This document shows, one piece after another, positions 46,205 to 58,150 of a DNA stretch of 64,000 nucleotides. The notes below the pieces were generated by a model, which worked only from the letters and a program-made list of their open reading frames with translations, was not told the DNA's origin and did not search any database. Location of the stretch: NCBI GenBank assembly GCA_023334545.1, contig JAADVB010000067.1, positions 13,690 to 77,689 on the forward strand, given 5' to 3'. Position 1 is the first letter of the stretch. Each line of letters opens with the position of its first letter. A program made the translations under genes and the position numbers. This DNA comes from Salisapilia sapeloensis CBS 127946 (taxonomy: Eukaryota > Protista > Oomycota).

Positions 46205-47160
46205 GTTTGCAAGGTTTCGCAAAGGGTGTTGTGGTGTTTGGCGGCAATTAGATAATGAACAAGAGCAAAGTGGTCGTGCCAAGCGCTTCGACCAGTCAAC
46301 TGGTGATAATTGTGGTCACTGCAAGTCTTTGAAGCTTTTGGGTTAAAGAGGTGCGACTCAGAAGCCGGCCAGTCCTCAGTCTCATCTCACAGTTGTACAA
46401 AAAAATCTAGTAATCGTACCACTATGGCTCAAACGGGATGGTGGCTATGGCTTTAAAAGCTTTCGTTGTATTCGTGCCAAGTCCCCTTGGTCTCTCGACT
46501 GCGCGACAAGATGTAACGGTACTTATAAGCACTCATTGTGCACATTTTGGTGCGTCATTTAGTTTCATGGTTCCTACATAAGCTGAAACCTTGGTATTAA
46601 TACCTACTTTTCTACGTATACGCATACCTGAATTCAGTTATATTTACCAAGATACCCATTAGATTCCCCAATTAGGTCAGGCATCCTTTGGTGCCCGATC
46701 TGACAATCCACCACCCGATGCTTTCGTCACGTTGCACGGTCCTGGAAGCCTAATTAAGAACGAAGAGATTTGTCCGAAAGCCGCTGCTATGTGTCATGGA
46801 GTCGCAACTTTCAGTTGATATACGGATGCTACTCATTGCTTGAACTCCTTGTCCAGACCATCTTAACCTCCATCTTTGTCAGGTGATGGGCAATTCGGTC
46901 CACGCGACAAATTCTATCGTACTCGGATACTCTACCATTCACCTTAATGCACTATCAAGTTATCAGATACGTCTTCGACGTACCATGAAGCAGCAACGTC
47001 AGTTGGAATTGAATACACCACTTGTCATCCAATACGACACAAACAGCATGCCATCATCATGCGCATAGTGAACAGTGGGATGTAAGGTACATAGCTACTA
47101 ATGACTGCTGCAACCACCAACAAGTGTTAATCGTTCTCATTCCAGTCTTCGTGGGCCTAC

Positions 47161-49242
47161 CTAGTCTAATTCCAAAGGCACACGCTTCACAAGTTCATGA
47201 ATTTCCGACGTCACGCGCTCCGGGACCGCGTCATATTCTCTCGCAGCGATGCGAAGCAGGTCGGATATCAAGTTGTGGTTGCCCATGATATCGACGTGGT
47301 CGGACGTCGCTGGACCGCCACGAGGATCGAACATCATCGGCAGTGGGTCGTGCACATACTCTCGCGAACGGACTTCCATTCCGGACGGATTATACCGTTT
47401 ACTACGCCATCCGTGGGAGCACATGTACCCTAGCGAGATCAGCGGGACGGTTCCATCTCCATCCGAGTATCGGACTCCTGCCTTGATCCAAGGCGCATCC
47501 GTATAGTCCAAGTCCATGACATAGGGCACGACGTCCTTGTCTCCGACCACATCGTCCTCTCCAGGGTTCTCTCGATAGATGTACCCTCTTTCCACTGGTT
47601 TTCCGACACCGTAAAGGCAGAAGATCTTCATCTGCGGTGCATATGGCAGACGCGTTTCCAGTGGATTGACCCAGTACTTGGAGTCATCATACTTATCATC
47701 ACTCGGATCATCAGCAATGCCGACACTAAAGTTCTGACGGAAGTGCTCTAGATTCTTATCGACGCTTCCTAAGAACCCATGGACGTTGCCTGCAGTAAAG
47801 TTCGCGTGCGTGTTGTTCGTGAACTGCACTACTTTCCCATTACTTCCATGCCGATGGACGTGTTCCGGGATTTGACTCTTGTTATACGTAGCACTCGTTC
47901 CTTCTGCTGGGACAGCGAACCGAGCCACAAGGTCATCCGCAGCATACTCTTCGTCACCCCAGATCGTGTCTCCACCAACTGGGAGCATCGCGTAGACACT
48001 CGGCCACGATCGAGCTAACAATGCCCTAGATTTCGGACCAAAGAAGAAACCGAGGACTTTAGATAGACCTCCAAGCTCGGCTGTGTCTTTCATTTCGCCT
48101 GACATGAGCGTACTGATACTTTTGATTGTTCCTAACGTCGGTCCGGCGATGTTTGCAAAGCTCTCGACGTTCTCATCCATCCAGGAGGATCCCATATTCC
48201 CTCCCTTTGGACTCTGCACCCACTGCATAAAGTAGTAAAAGACCTGGAGAGCATAGGAATGCGCGACGATCATGACTTTCTTGCCACCACTTGAAGCTCG
48301 TGCCATCTCGATCGTATATCGCAGTTTCGTAAAGTATTGATCTCGCTCTTCCATCTGTGCGGGTGCCATCCGCCAGTCGTATGCGGCCATGTACATAGAG
48401 TTACTGTCGTACCCGATATCCGCAAGGTTCTCAATCAACTTGGCCCAGACCCAGTAGCCTCCGATGACGTAATCTGCAGCTTCCAGTCCTTCTGCCGGGC
48501 GTAGCTTGATGCCGTCTGGATCCATGCCAGTGGTCCGGTTGAGCATAAGATGTTCCAACCAGCATCTCTGCGTGCATAGCGTTTAGAGAATTGAAATAAG
48601 TACAAGAGAAGGATGGTACGTACTTGGTTCATGAGGAACTGTTGGACCATTCGAGACGTGCCCCAAATGCGTTGTCGAAAGTATGTCTGGACGCACTCAC
48701 TGCCGTTCCAGATTTCCAATCCAGTGGAAGAGAATCCTGGTAAGAGAATGACTGGCGAGTGCGCGCCTAGTCCTTCACCACGTAGCTTGACGCCTGGACG
48801 CACGCCGTCTTCCGGAGCGGACGATGGGCGATAATCGATGGCATCAAAGAATTCGTCTCGGATATTCGTCGACCAGTTATCAAAGTTCCATTGATGCCGA
48901 AGCTGCTGGATCTACCGAAGAAGGATGCATGAGATTGGGAAGGTGGTAGCAAGATTGCAAATTAGCACAAGTAGACATGAAAATACGAATAAGTACCGTT
49001 TGGTGGTCCAAAAAGTCAGGAAAGTTGTCATCAAAGTAATGAATTTGCGTCATGAAAACGCCGACTACACCGAGGAGTGCACCGAAAAGGATCGAGTATC
49101 GCCGGCGGGACGTGACGTGATCCGTCGCTTTCTCCGACCAACTCTTCGTCCGCTCTAATTCCTTCGTATTCTGCTTTTCGCCATTCGATTTGCTGCCATT
49201 AGCAGACGTTCGCTTTCGCAGTCCATCCGTCTTGCCTGCCAT
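47161..49242 (-). CDS. Phospholipid:diacylglycerol acyltransferase (PDAT/Lro1, LCAT family), 646 aa, 3 exons
   Basis: join(49242..48997,48911..48624,48567..47161), in frame. N-terminal TM, PVILLPGFSSTGLEIW, GGYWVWAKLIENLA, AAYDWR, Ser motif AHSYA, GDGTVPLISLG, HVDIMG. Confidence 0.92.
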
Positions 49243-49443
49243 GAGCTCTGCTAAGAAGTGTATGCTTTCGACTGTCGTCGGAAGGTCTTCTCCCGTGACA
49301 TGAGGACGCTGCGTCAGGTGCAGATCGACCAATCACAAGGCTTCACCAGGTAGAAAAAAGCCAATTTATGGGTTTTATTCGAAAATTGACGCAACTTGAT
49401 GTAAAGTCGGAGTGAGATGGGTCCAGTAGATCCAAACGAAAGT

Positions 49444-51070
49444 TTATGTTAATACAAGTTTTTGCTCGTTGCCATCTTCATGACGTGGCACGATTTCAGG
49501 GCTGCGATAAATGTCCATGGAGGTGATAAGCTGTGTCTTTTCATTCTCAAGACGCTTGTACTTGCCATTGCTGGTATATAGTTATTAGACTCGATACTAG
49601 TGGATATAGAAATATATTTGGCGTACTAGATAGAGATGATGGCAAAGGTAGATAGCAGCATAAAGACTTGAATCCACTGCGGATCGGCATAAAAGTTTTT
49701 CAAAGGTACATGCCCGGACGAGTCCGTGTACATTCGGCGAAGGGCACCAAGTGTCGGTACCATGACCGCAGAGAGCACGTTACCACATAGTTGTTGCAAT
49801 GCTGCAACTGTTGCCTCACTTGTCGGATATGCACATTCAACGCCCAGTTCTAGGGCGACTGGTTGCTGTGGACCAATGCATAGTCCAACTAGCATCAGTA
49901 GGAGAAATGTAGAGATCCCTGTTAGATATGAACATGAGAGACTAAAGCATGCCAGAGAGATGGATGAACATAACGCCGAAACCATCAAAGCTTGCTTGTG
50001 ATTTTGGTGTTTGTCGACAAACGAGCTGATGACTTGCCCACCGATCGACATTGTAATGATAAACGCTGCGCCGATAATTCCAAGTTCGGATTTGGCAAAT
50101 CCATCTGCTCGAAGGATCTTTCCCATGAGCGTTGCCATCGCATTCATAATGCATTCGGCAATTGAAAACACAATCACAGTCGTAGTAAATCCAGGATGAG
50201 AGAAAGCTGCAAGCCATTGCTTCCAATCATAGTCATCTTGCGCACTGCTCACAAGAGAGTAAAAGCTACGAGATCGTTTCGCAGCTGGAAAAACCTTTGG
50301 GAACGATTGAAAGCATGAGATGGCAATCAAGAAGAATGCAGTTGAACATATTGCTACATACGCATTCCACATGGGCAGATCATGGACATCATGGACAAGG
50401 ATTGGAGCTACCATGTAGGTGATGGCTGTCCCAAGAGAGTTTGCATTCACTGCGATACTCGTAGCAGTGGCGCGTAGTGATGGTGGAAACCAATTTGCAG
50501 ACAACATCGGAGGAGAGTTTAGCATGAATGGTGATGCGGTTGCAGCGAATATTTGACCGACGACTGTCAAAATCACTTCAGTGGACGGCGAGCACAGGCA
50601 GCTTATGGCCCGTAAATTAGCTCCGAGCGCTTGGAAGAGCCCACCAATTAGAATTCCATATCGCAAGCCTTTGCTGTCCATAATCCAGGAGCCGAGAAAC
50701 GAGCACGGTATGTATGCAACAAAAAAGATCGTAATGAGCCAGGTAGAATGTATCTACAGTTCACGCGTCAGAGCTTTCAGTAGGATAGTATTATGTCAAA
50801 ATGAACAACCTTGTTATCCCATCGGGTCTCAGCTATTTCAGCAATCGGTGCATACGAAAAACAAACTGCTTGATTGATAGCAGTCAACACGGACAAGATG
50901 ATCAGCATAAGCCATTTCTTCATCGACTTGGTTGGTAGCATTCCATTGGGAATCGCGATGGAGCCACTAGCATCGCTCACAAAAGTTCCATAGGAATCTA
51001 ATAATGATGAGTTTGTAAAATTTATCAAGTGCACTAGCGACATATCCACACCTTGACGATCGTCTGCCAT
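49444..51070 (-). CDS. MFS transporter, FLVCR/SLC49-like, 504 aa, 3 exons
   Basis: join(51070..50810,50753..49627,49570..49444), 1515 nt. WIMDSKGLR motif A, SANWFPPSLRATATSI, ELGVECAYP, C-terminal YNGKYKRLENE. Confidence 0.88.
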
Positions 51071-51336
51071 TCCCGCCAAGCTAGGCGAACCCAAAGGTCG
51101 AATTATCGTTTCGCAGTCAGCCAGCTAAACGTATTATCTATTCTGGGCTTAGAAAACGATGGACTTTGTGCAGTTGACAGTGAAGAGTATAATTCATGCA
51201 GTGCATCATGGCCATGTATTTGTTCATATGACTCGAAAACAACAGCTCATCAATTCAAAATCAAAGTAGAACAATTTTTATTGTTTTAGCTTAAAGCCTA
51301 CAACAATACTTTCAACAAATTCCGTAGGGAGATGAA

Positions 51337-52128
51337 TTAGGCTCCTTTGCACAAATTGTCAGGGCAGAAGTTGGGACAGTTGGCGTTGCACCAGTCGTCC
51401 ATCGCTTCCTTGTTCATATCCTTGCCTGTGTACTTGTACTTGCCACTTGACTTTCCCGGAGCAGGAGTTTCGTACGCATCATCGGTATCTTCCTTTTCGG
51501 TCGCTGCATCGGTGTTACCATCCGAAGAAGGCTCCACTACTGGTGTATCCTCTTCCTTTGTTGACTCAGAATCGCCGGTTGATGTGGAAGAACCTCCAAT
51601 TTTTACATCGGCGCACTGGTTAAAGTGTTCATGAGGAGAAAGATGAACCGCTTCCCACTCGAACTTGAGCACACAGTGACCATCGCTGTTGCACGGTAGG
51701 TCAGACGTCGGCACATCGATCTTCATCTCAGCAGGAATTGGCGGGTCTCCCTTTTGACCATCGCCAGGGTGCAGTGAACGCATGCAGTCATCCATCTCAC
51801 CCACGAGAAGCTTGCTGTTCTCGTCGTCCGGATTGATCAGGTGGACTTTGCACGGCCCAATGTGGTTGGCTCCATCATTGGCACGCATCTTGATCTTCGA
51901 TTCACCACTGGGCAGTGTCTGGAGATTCTTTGCAGGGGTAAATCCGAAGCAGTCACCGCCCATGCCATTCGTAACATCCGCGCGCATTTTGACAGGGTAA
52001 CCAAAGGAGTTGTCGATGTTTAGACCCATGGTAGTAAGCGAGCGTGGCTCAGGCTCGACCATACCTCCGTGTGCGTTGACAGTGGCGACAGTTGCGGTGG
52101 CAAGAGCGAAAATCGTGGTGGTCTTCAT
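51337..52128 (-). CDS. Secreted LPMO-like copper protein (AA16/AA17-like fold) with C-terminal 4-Cys module, 263 aa
   Basis: 19-aa signal peptide ending VNA exposes His1 (HGGMVEPEPR). Second His in ANHIGPC (H70), CVLKFEWEAVH..EHFNQCAD, acidic S/T/E/D linker, WCNANCPNFCPDNLC. Confidence 0.8.
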   Translation of the reverse strand: MKTTTIFALATATVATVNAHGGMVEPEPRSLTTMGLNIDNSFGYPVKMRADVTNGMGGDCFGFTPAKNLQTLPSGESKIKMRANDGANHIGPCKVHLINPDDENSKLLVGEMDDCMRSLHPGDGQKGDPPIPAEMKIDVPTSDLPCNSDGHCVLKFEWEAVHLSPHEHFNQCADVKIGGSSTSTGDSESTKEEDTPVVEPSSDGNTDAATEKEDTDDAYETPAPGKSSGKYKYTGKDMNKEAMDDWCNANCPNFCPDNLCKGA

Positions 52129-52403
52129 TTTAGTCGTGAGTTGGTGTAGAGAGGAGTGGAGCTTGTGTGCTGGAAAGCAAATTGGATTGTGAATTGTTTG
52201 GTCTTGGTCTCCTGACAAAGTCTTTGCTACGACTACATCTCTGTGGTAGAACATATTACTGGAAAGATTGGCATTGAGATCAGGTCTAGAACCCCTCAGA
52301 CCACGTTACTTCGTCGAAGATATTGACTACTGAGGATGACATATCGCTTCATCTGCTGTAGACGAACAAAACTTGTGGCTACGATAACACTATACACCTA
52401 ACA

Positions 52404-52431
52404 AACGACTAACGACTAACGACTGACGACT
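52404..52431. repeat. 7-bp tandem repeat (AACGACT)3 GACGACT
   Basis: Read directly from the sequence. Confidence 0.85.
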
Positions 52432-54240
52432 CGTGTTCGTGTGGGCAGATGATCGAAGTACCCAGTAAGGTGGTCGAATTTTGGATCGAGCACGTCAAGA
52501 GGCACGAGTGGCAAGTGAAGTTGGAGTCGAACAATTTTTTGCATATATAGAGCAAGGGTATCGGCCATAAAATAGCTTTCACACTTCGATCGATATGACT
52601 TTATAGCTTTTTGACTTCATCAAAACCGTAACTAGTATTGTATAGGATGTAAATGCGCAGATAGCCTAAGCAAGCGTCATCTTCTTGATGGAAGTCTGTC
52701 AAGAAGCAGCTCCGAAACAATTTCTAGTCGCAGTCAGTTTGGTTTTATAAATCTAATCCGAAGTAGTCAATTTGTAGTCACTTCGCATGTGGATATCTAT
52801 CACTCCACAAATGGTGGTGGTTGAAAGGAATATGGCGGAATAGCTATCGAAGAAGACAGCTAAGACGGGCGATTCTTTGGTAACGAGCAAAGTTTTTCAA
52901 TATTTGCAAAAGCCTAACACGAACGATCATTACGTTCCTGTATGCAAGGAATTTCTGCTGAGGAGATTAAATCTAGTCCATGAAATACTGGCTTCCACGG
53001 AAAACGGATGCATTCAGCGCAAAAGGCAAGTTCTGAACTGTTTCCAGTAAGCAGCTTGTTTAACGACAAGCCTTGCTCGTCCCACGCAGTCTACCCGCAG
53101 CTTTAATCCCCGCTATAGACCCCACGCCAGCCAAATAAAGTCTATATTGTTTGATTTAGTGTACAAAAAACTATTTATAGGCGACTCCAACTTAAGACCA
53201 GGCTAATAACCAGTTAAGTGAGACTTCAAAGGGTACAAAGAGTATTTCTCTGCTTGCAAACCCAACGTAGCTAGGCGCAAGTGCAACAATCTACTTATAC
53301 ACGTAGGAAATGGAAACCTTGTATTTGTTTTTTTATGCATGAATCGATGCTTACACAAAAGCAGAGTAGCATATGCGGGTTATACCGGAAGCAGAAGTGT
53401 ACTAGATACGAGGCATACGCAGTAGAGACACAGGCATTGATTCTTGATAGAATATCAAATCAGACGAATCTACAAAGACAAAGCCTGATAAAGGATTTAA
53501 CAAGTTAAAGAGGAGCAATATGTCTACTGCACGAAAGTTTCTTAGTAGGCTATAATCTGATGCGTCTATTTAGGCAGAGCCTAAGGATGCAAGTATGTGT
53601 AGATGGTAATCTATAATATAAAGTGAAAATAGTACCCGCTAGTGAAGACTTTGAAAGAATATGCAGATCACCAATCTCGGACAAACAGTAATGGATCATC
53701 CAACATTATCAAAGCCTCCTTCCATAGCTAGAAAGGGGTATCAATGGCATCCAGCATTCAGTTTCTGTTCGAACCAAAATGACTTCTCTTAGCTTATCAT
53801 GCCAGCAGCTCACTTCACGTCTTCGAACAACTGAAAATTTTATAGTAGAACAAGACCGAAGTGGTTTCAGCATTTATTTACCTGCAAGCTCCTCAAAACA
53901 ACTACGTACGTCGTAGTCGTACTCGGAAGTGGCAAAATCAGCAAGCAACTAGCGATAAACTCGATCAAGTACAAAATCACTTTAACATCATATCTTTATT
54001 TATGTGAATCAAATAACTAGAGTTTAAAATTGGAAGATTTTAGCGCACACTAGAAGCTGCAGCTCTCCTCACCGAACGTACTTAGTCGAAAAAGTTGATC
54101 TGTGTCAAAGTTTCTGACATAAGTCAGTACACTGTTTCATATTATAACAATCACAACGTTCTAACAATAGACGAATATAACTAAAGCTATTTTATCGATA
54201 CGAAGTGCTGTAGTAGACATTGGCAACGTGATTGCAAAGC

Positions 54241-55626
54241 ATGGACTTGGGCAATAAGGATGACTTTGCTTCCTTCTTAGAAGGCTTTAGCGACGACGAT
54301 CTCTCTGTACCATTGCAAGATACTTGCAATATGTCTCCGCTACCATTTCCTGAAATCGATATCGATTTTTATTCGCCGCATGAGCAGGAAATGCCCACCA
54401 AGAAGCGTCGGAAGGACTCATCGTCGACTCGTCAGTCCCGAAGTGTCAAGCCAATGAATAGCTCTACTCGTCAGAAACGCAAGGATGAAATATCAAGTCT
54501 TCGGAAGGAAGCTGAAGAGCTAGAAGCTCAGCTCGACACGATAAAGCAGCAATTTCTATCCACTTGGAGCTACGGCCAGCCGTTGGTCTCGAGCGAGAAC
54601 CATGCCAGCATTCATAATCAGGTCACTACGACATCTCAGCTATGGAAACGAGTGGCTCGACATCAACTTGTCGAGAGGCAGAATGCTGTCCGACGTAATC
54701 GTCGTCTACGAGAAAAGGTAGTACAGCAGCAGCAGCTAGCTGGTAGTATCGGTGCCTTGTTACACCATCCTTCCGTGAAGGAAGAGCATGAAGCCAAGCC
54801 TTACTTTTCATTCCAACCAGCAGACCTGTCTCCACCGTATGTATCGGCTTCATCCAAAACCACTCCAATGCCAGCGCCATTCTTTCCACCCAAGACATGT
54901 AGCAACGGTCTTGTCTCCGCCTTTGAAAAGCTGCACTTAGAAGCAGATGAAAAGTATGCGCAAGTAGATGATGTGTGGAAAGAAGTTGGCATCCACTTTT
55001 CTCGTCACGAAATGGTAAAAGCGTATGAACGGACAAATCAATCGACTCGACCGTACATAGAAGTCATACATACAAAGATATTCCCATTTCCACTACAAGA
55101 AACCTGCGGAGCGTGCTGGTGGATGCTGTCTTTACAGGACATTAAGCTCAGTCATGGCGTCTACCACAGTGTCTCGTCGTCCGATGACACCATTGCGGCC
55201 TGCACATCGATGCGAGTGCAGACAGAAAAGCTATCGACGACATTGTATATCGATTTCCTTGTAAAGAAATACCAAGAGGAGGAGCGAGTAGTGTTTGTAG
55301 TAGAGTCCTCTGCAAGGTCGGACTGTACGAGTGAGCCGATAGTAGGTCCCATCCGAAAGGGCTGGGTCGTCTTTCGACAGGAAGAGTCGATCCATGGACC
55401 AGTGACAGTCTGTGAACTTTGCATGCGATCATCTCCGGTTGATGGCGCGAGATGTGATGGAAATGACGAGCGGGAGAAAAAGTCTGGGAAGAAAGATATG
55501 GAAGAACTGAAGCGCATTTGTCTAGAAAGGTTTTATGACTGTGCTGAAAAGATCTATCAGTACGTTGAAAATGTTCTCGTGGATGCGAAACTGCCAACAA
55601 GAGAAGGTAGTGAAGTCTCGGATTGA
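54241..55626 (+). CDS. Full-length basic/coiled-coil (M96-like) protein with an alpha/beta C-terminal domain, 461 aa
   Basis: STRQKRKDEISSLRKEAEELEAQL, LWKRVARHQLVERQNAVRRNRRL, FEKLHLEADEKYAQVDDVW, then alternating strands and helices suggestive of a START-like fold (inference). Confidence 0.75.
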   Translation: MDLGNKDDFASFLEGFSDDDLSVPLQDTCNMSPLPFPEIDIDFYSPHEQEMPTKKRRKDSSSTRQSRSVKPMNSSTRQKRKDEISSLRKEAEELEAQLDTIKQQFLSTWSYGQPLVSSENHASIHNQVTTTSQLWKRVARHQLVERQNAVRRNRRLREKVVQQQQLAGSIGALLHHPSVKEEHEAKPYFSFQPADLSPPYVSASSKTTPMPAPFFPPKTCSNGLVSAFEKLHLEADEKYAQVDDVWKEVGIHFSRHEMVKAYERTNQSTRPYIEVIHTKIFPFPLQETCGACWWMLSLQDIKLSHGVYHSVSSSDDTIAACTSMRVQTEKLSTTLYIDFLVKKYQEEERVVFVVESSARSDCTSEPIVGPIRKGWVVFRQEESIHGPVTVCELCMRSSPVDGARCDGNDEREKKSGKKDMEELKRICLERFYDCAEKIYQYVENVLVDAKLPTREGSEVSD

Positions 55627-56520
55627 GTGTAGGGCTCAAGTAGTGATGGGAATATATGTAGATGTGTATAAAGAATGTGCAGTATTTGTTGTTTGGTGGA
55701 TGCTTTGGTTGTTGGTCTAAATTGGAGCTGAAATGTGCCATATACAAGTAGGTAATTCGCTATCTTGTTTTATATAGCTAGAATCGAGGAGAAAGAGTGC
55801 GCTAGTTTCGTTATGCACTTTTATTAAGTATACGAGAAAGCTGCTTGGTCCTGCACAAAGATCTCTTTGCTGTGCAGCTATATGTACTGCATATGGGAAC
55901 CTCTTTATGATGAGTGAGCGGTAGCAAAAAGCGGTGTAGGTGCAGTGAAATATATCAACTAGCATTGTAGCTATAAACGCTGGGAGGATGGACGTCTACG
56001 CTACTGTGGACTGAGTTGACTTTGTCTATGCGTTCAGCTACATCAAAGTCGAAGAGGAGAGGTTCTTTGTGATGTTTGCACAAGCGACTAGTGAGATATA
56101 GATATTAGATATTAGATATTAGGAAACTACACACGAATCTAGCACCGATCACTTCATATCTCTTTCTCATGTATATTTACAAAAAAATCTTAGAACAAAC
56201 TTGTGTACGAGTAATATGTGTGCTCGCTCGTCCATTTATCTCATTTTACTCTGCATTATTTATCTAGTCGCGCTTTACGTTCTGGTAACCTAGATCGAAC
56301 AATTGAGCACGAAAGTTCAGGTAGAGCACGTTCGATTGATGATCTGCCGAGATTATAACGTTTTAACATCTGATTGTAAGCACGAACGCTCGACTGACAC
56401 GATCTCTATCACTCTGATGCGGCATACTTTGGCTTATATGCAGAAAGAATGCTTTCGAGACAACAAGGGTCCAGAGGCACATCAAGAGTCAATTGGTGAA
56501 AGCGATTTCGATCCAGGAAG

Positions 56521-57850
56521 GATGCAAGCACAGGCTTCAATGGCAACCATCGATGAAGTGTCTAGTTATTCTAAAGGACTTGATCATTCGTCAGACGACA
56601 TAATACAGGAAGAGCTTTTGCAGTTGAATTGGAGTGATGTTATTGCTTCTGGTCAGGCTAATGAAGCCGAAGCTCGGACGACTGATAAAGGCATATAAAA
56701 GAATACTATTTCTTTCGACTCGAACACTTCGAACAGTACAAAAGCAAAGATACATAACATCATACCCGCGAATTTAAAGCCATGCCGTGATCAGAAGGAA
56801 GAGATACGCCACTTATATTTTAAGATTAAAAAGCTATGTCATAGGCTCGAGAGACTGCAAAATTCGGGCGCATCGAACCGAAAAGCATGAATAGATGTAG
56901 AGGCTGAGAACGCGAAGCTTCGTATTCTAGCGAAACAGCAGACACGAGAGATCCTCCGAGTAACTCAAGCATTTCGTCAGCGTCGATCTTCGCTACATCT
57001 AGAGGTACAGACCGTGACTTATAATCTTATTCGCCTGATTTATTTTTGGTTACAATAAAGGGACTATTGCGCTCAATATCTAAATCTGTGAGAGGCAATC
57101 CGTTGATCGAGGAGATGATGCAGACTGTGTATCTATCTCCTGATGAAGACCATGAAGCATTCGAACGATTGATACAGCAAGTCGAAGATATCTTTGGAAA
57201 TATGAATGCAAATTTCGTGGCAGCAGACGAAGTGAAAGAGAGTTGACGAGGAAAACTGTGTTGTGTTCACTATTATACAGACAGCTCTGCTTCCCCTCGA
57301 CATGTACTTTTCGGAGTGAGAGACCACCAGTTTCGAATTGGCATCTTATCCCGTGCCTTTTGAAGAATTGTTGGAGCTGGAAGTACGCTACAATTTCATT
57401 TCGATGAGGCTACCACACATAAGCAAAGCAACCTTTATGTGCCGGCTTATAATAGTGATTTTCATGCTAGGTGTATAAATGCCCAGCGAAAATATGAAGG
57501 TGCAAAAGTTTGGCGTGTTGGAATGGGACGACTAGGCTAGGATGCATGCAGTCGGAAGAAGACTAACCCGGTGATAAATCGAATTAGACTGTGTTCGGAT
57601 TCTATGGGTCGAGAATGCATATTCTTTGGAAATTATGAGTACGAAAGTGATTGGAACAACTATCCGGCACATAGGATTGATCGTGATTTCGACCAAGGGC
57701 TCGTCTTTGTACAATGTCGAACTTTGAATGGAATGTACTTGTTGCGCAGAAGATGAAGAGAATAATCGGAATGACTTAAAAATGCTAAATTGGCGCAGTC
57801 GATACTAGCAAACGAGTATTCAAACGGACTTGAGTTTGAACAGGCCATAC
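56521..57850 (+). pseudogene. Pseudogenised M96-like paralogue
   Basis: One frame reads through TAA (56696-56698) and TGA (56888-56890): RDQKEEIRHL..KA*IDVEAENAKLR. After a probable intron, HEAFERLIQQVEDIFGNMN aligns with FEKLHLEADEKYAQVD. Confidence 0.65.
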
Positions 57851-57995
57851 AACATACTATATTGGAGGAAGCAAGGCGGGCAGGAAAGGAGAGTGAATGA
57901 CAGATTCACGAAACGGCGTCGTTACATTTGCAGCATTTAAAAAATTTGTTCATGTTTTATTCTTTAAAAATGCTCTGATCTAGGTTTAATGTAAG

Positions 57996-58150
57996 TCAAA
58001 TTACCTCCACTGGGTTGAGCCCATGGCCCAAAGCTGGGCACTTTTCATGATCGAAGCCACTCTTAATCCTGCCTAGAAAGAAAACAGTTTAGCAAAACTT
58101 GAGAGCGTTTATGTCAAAGCTTGCGGTGATCGAAAGCATTGAGGTGCTAT
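57996..58150 (-). mobile_element. IS630/Tc1-like transposase C-terminal relic
   Basis: CPALGHGLNPVEVI* (58040-57996) resembles WPAxSPDLNPIExLW, with TGA at the Trp position. Confidence 0.35.

Noticed and set aside
53500-53850. Possible Tc1/mariner relic on the minus strand
   Set aside because: Only vague resemblance; no catalytic motif could be read.
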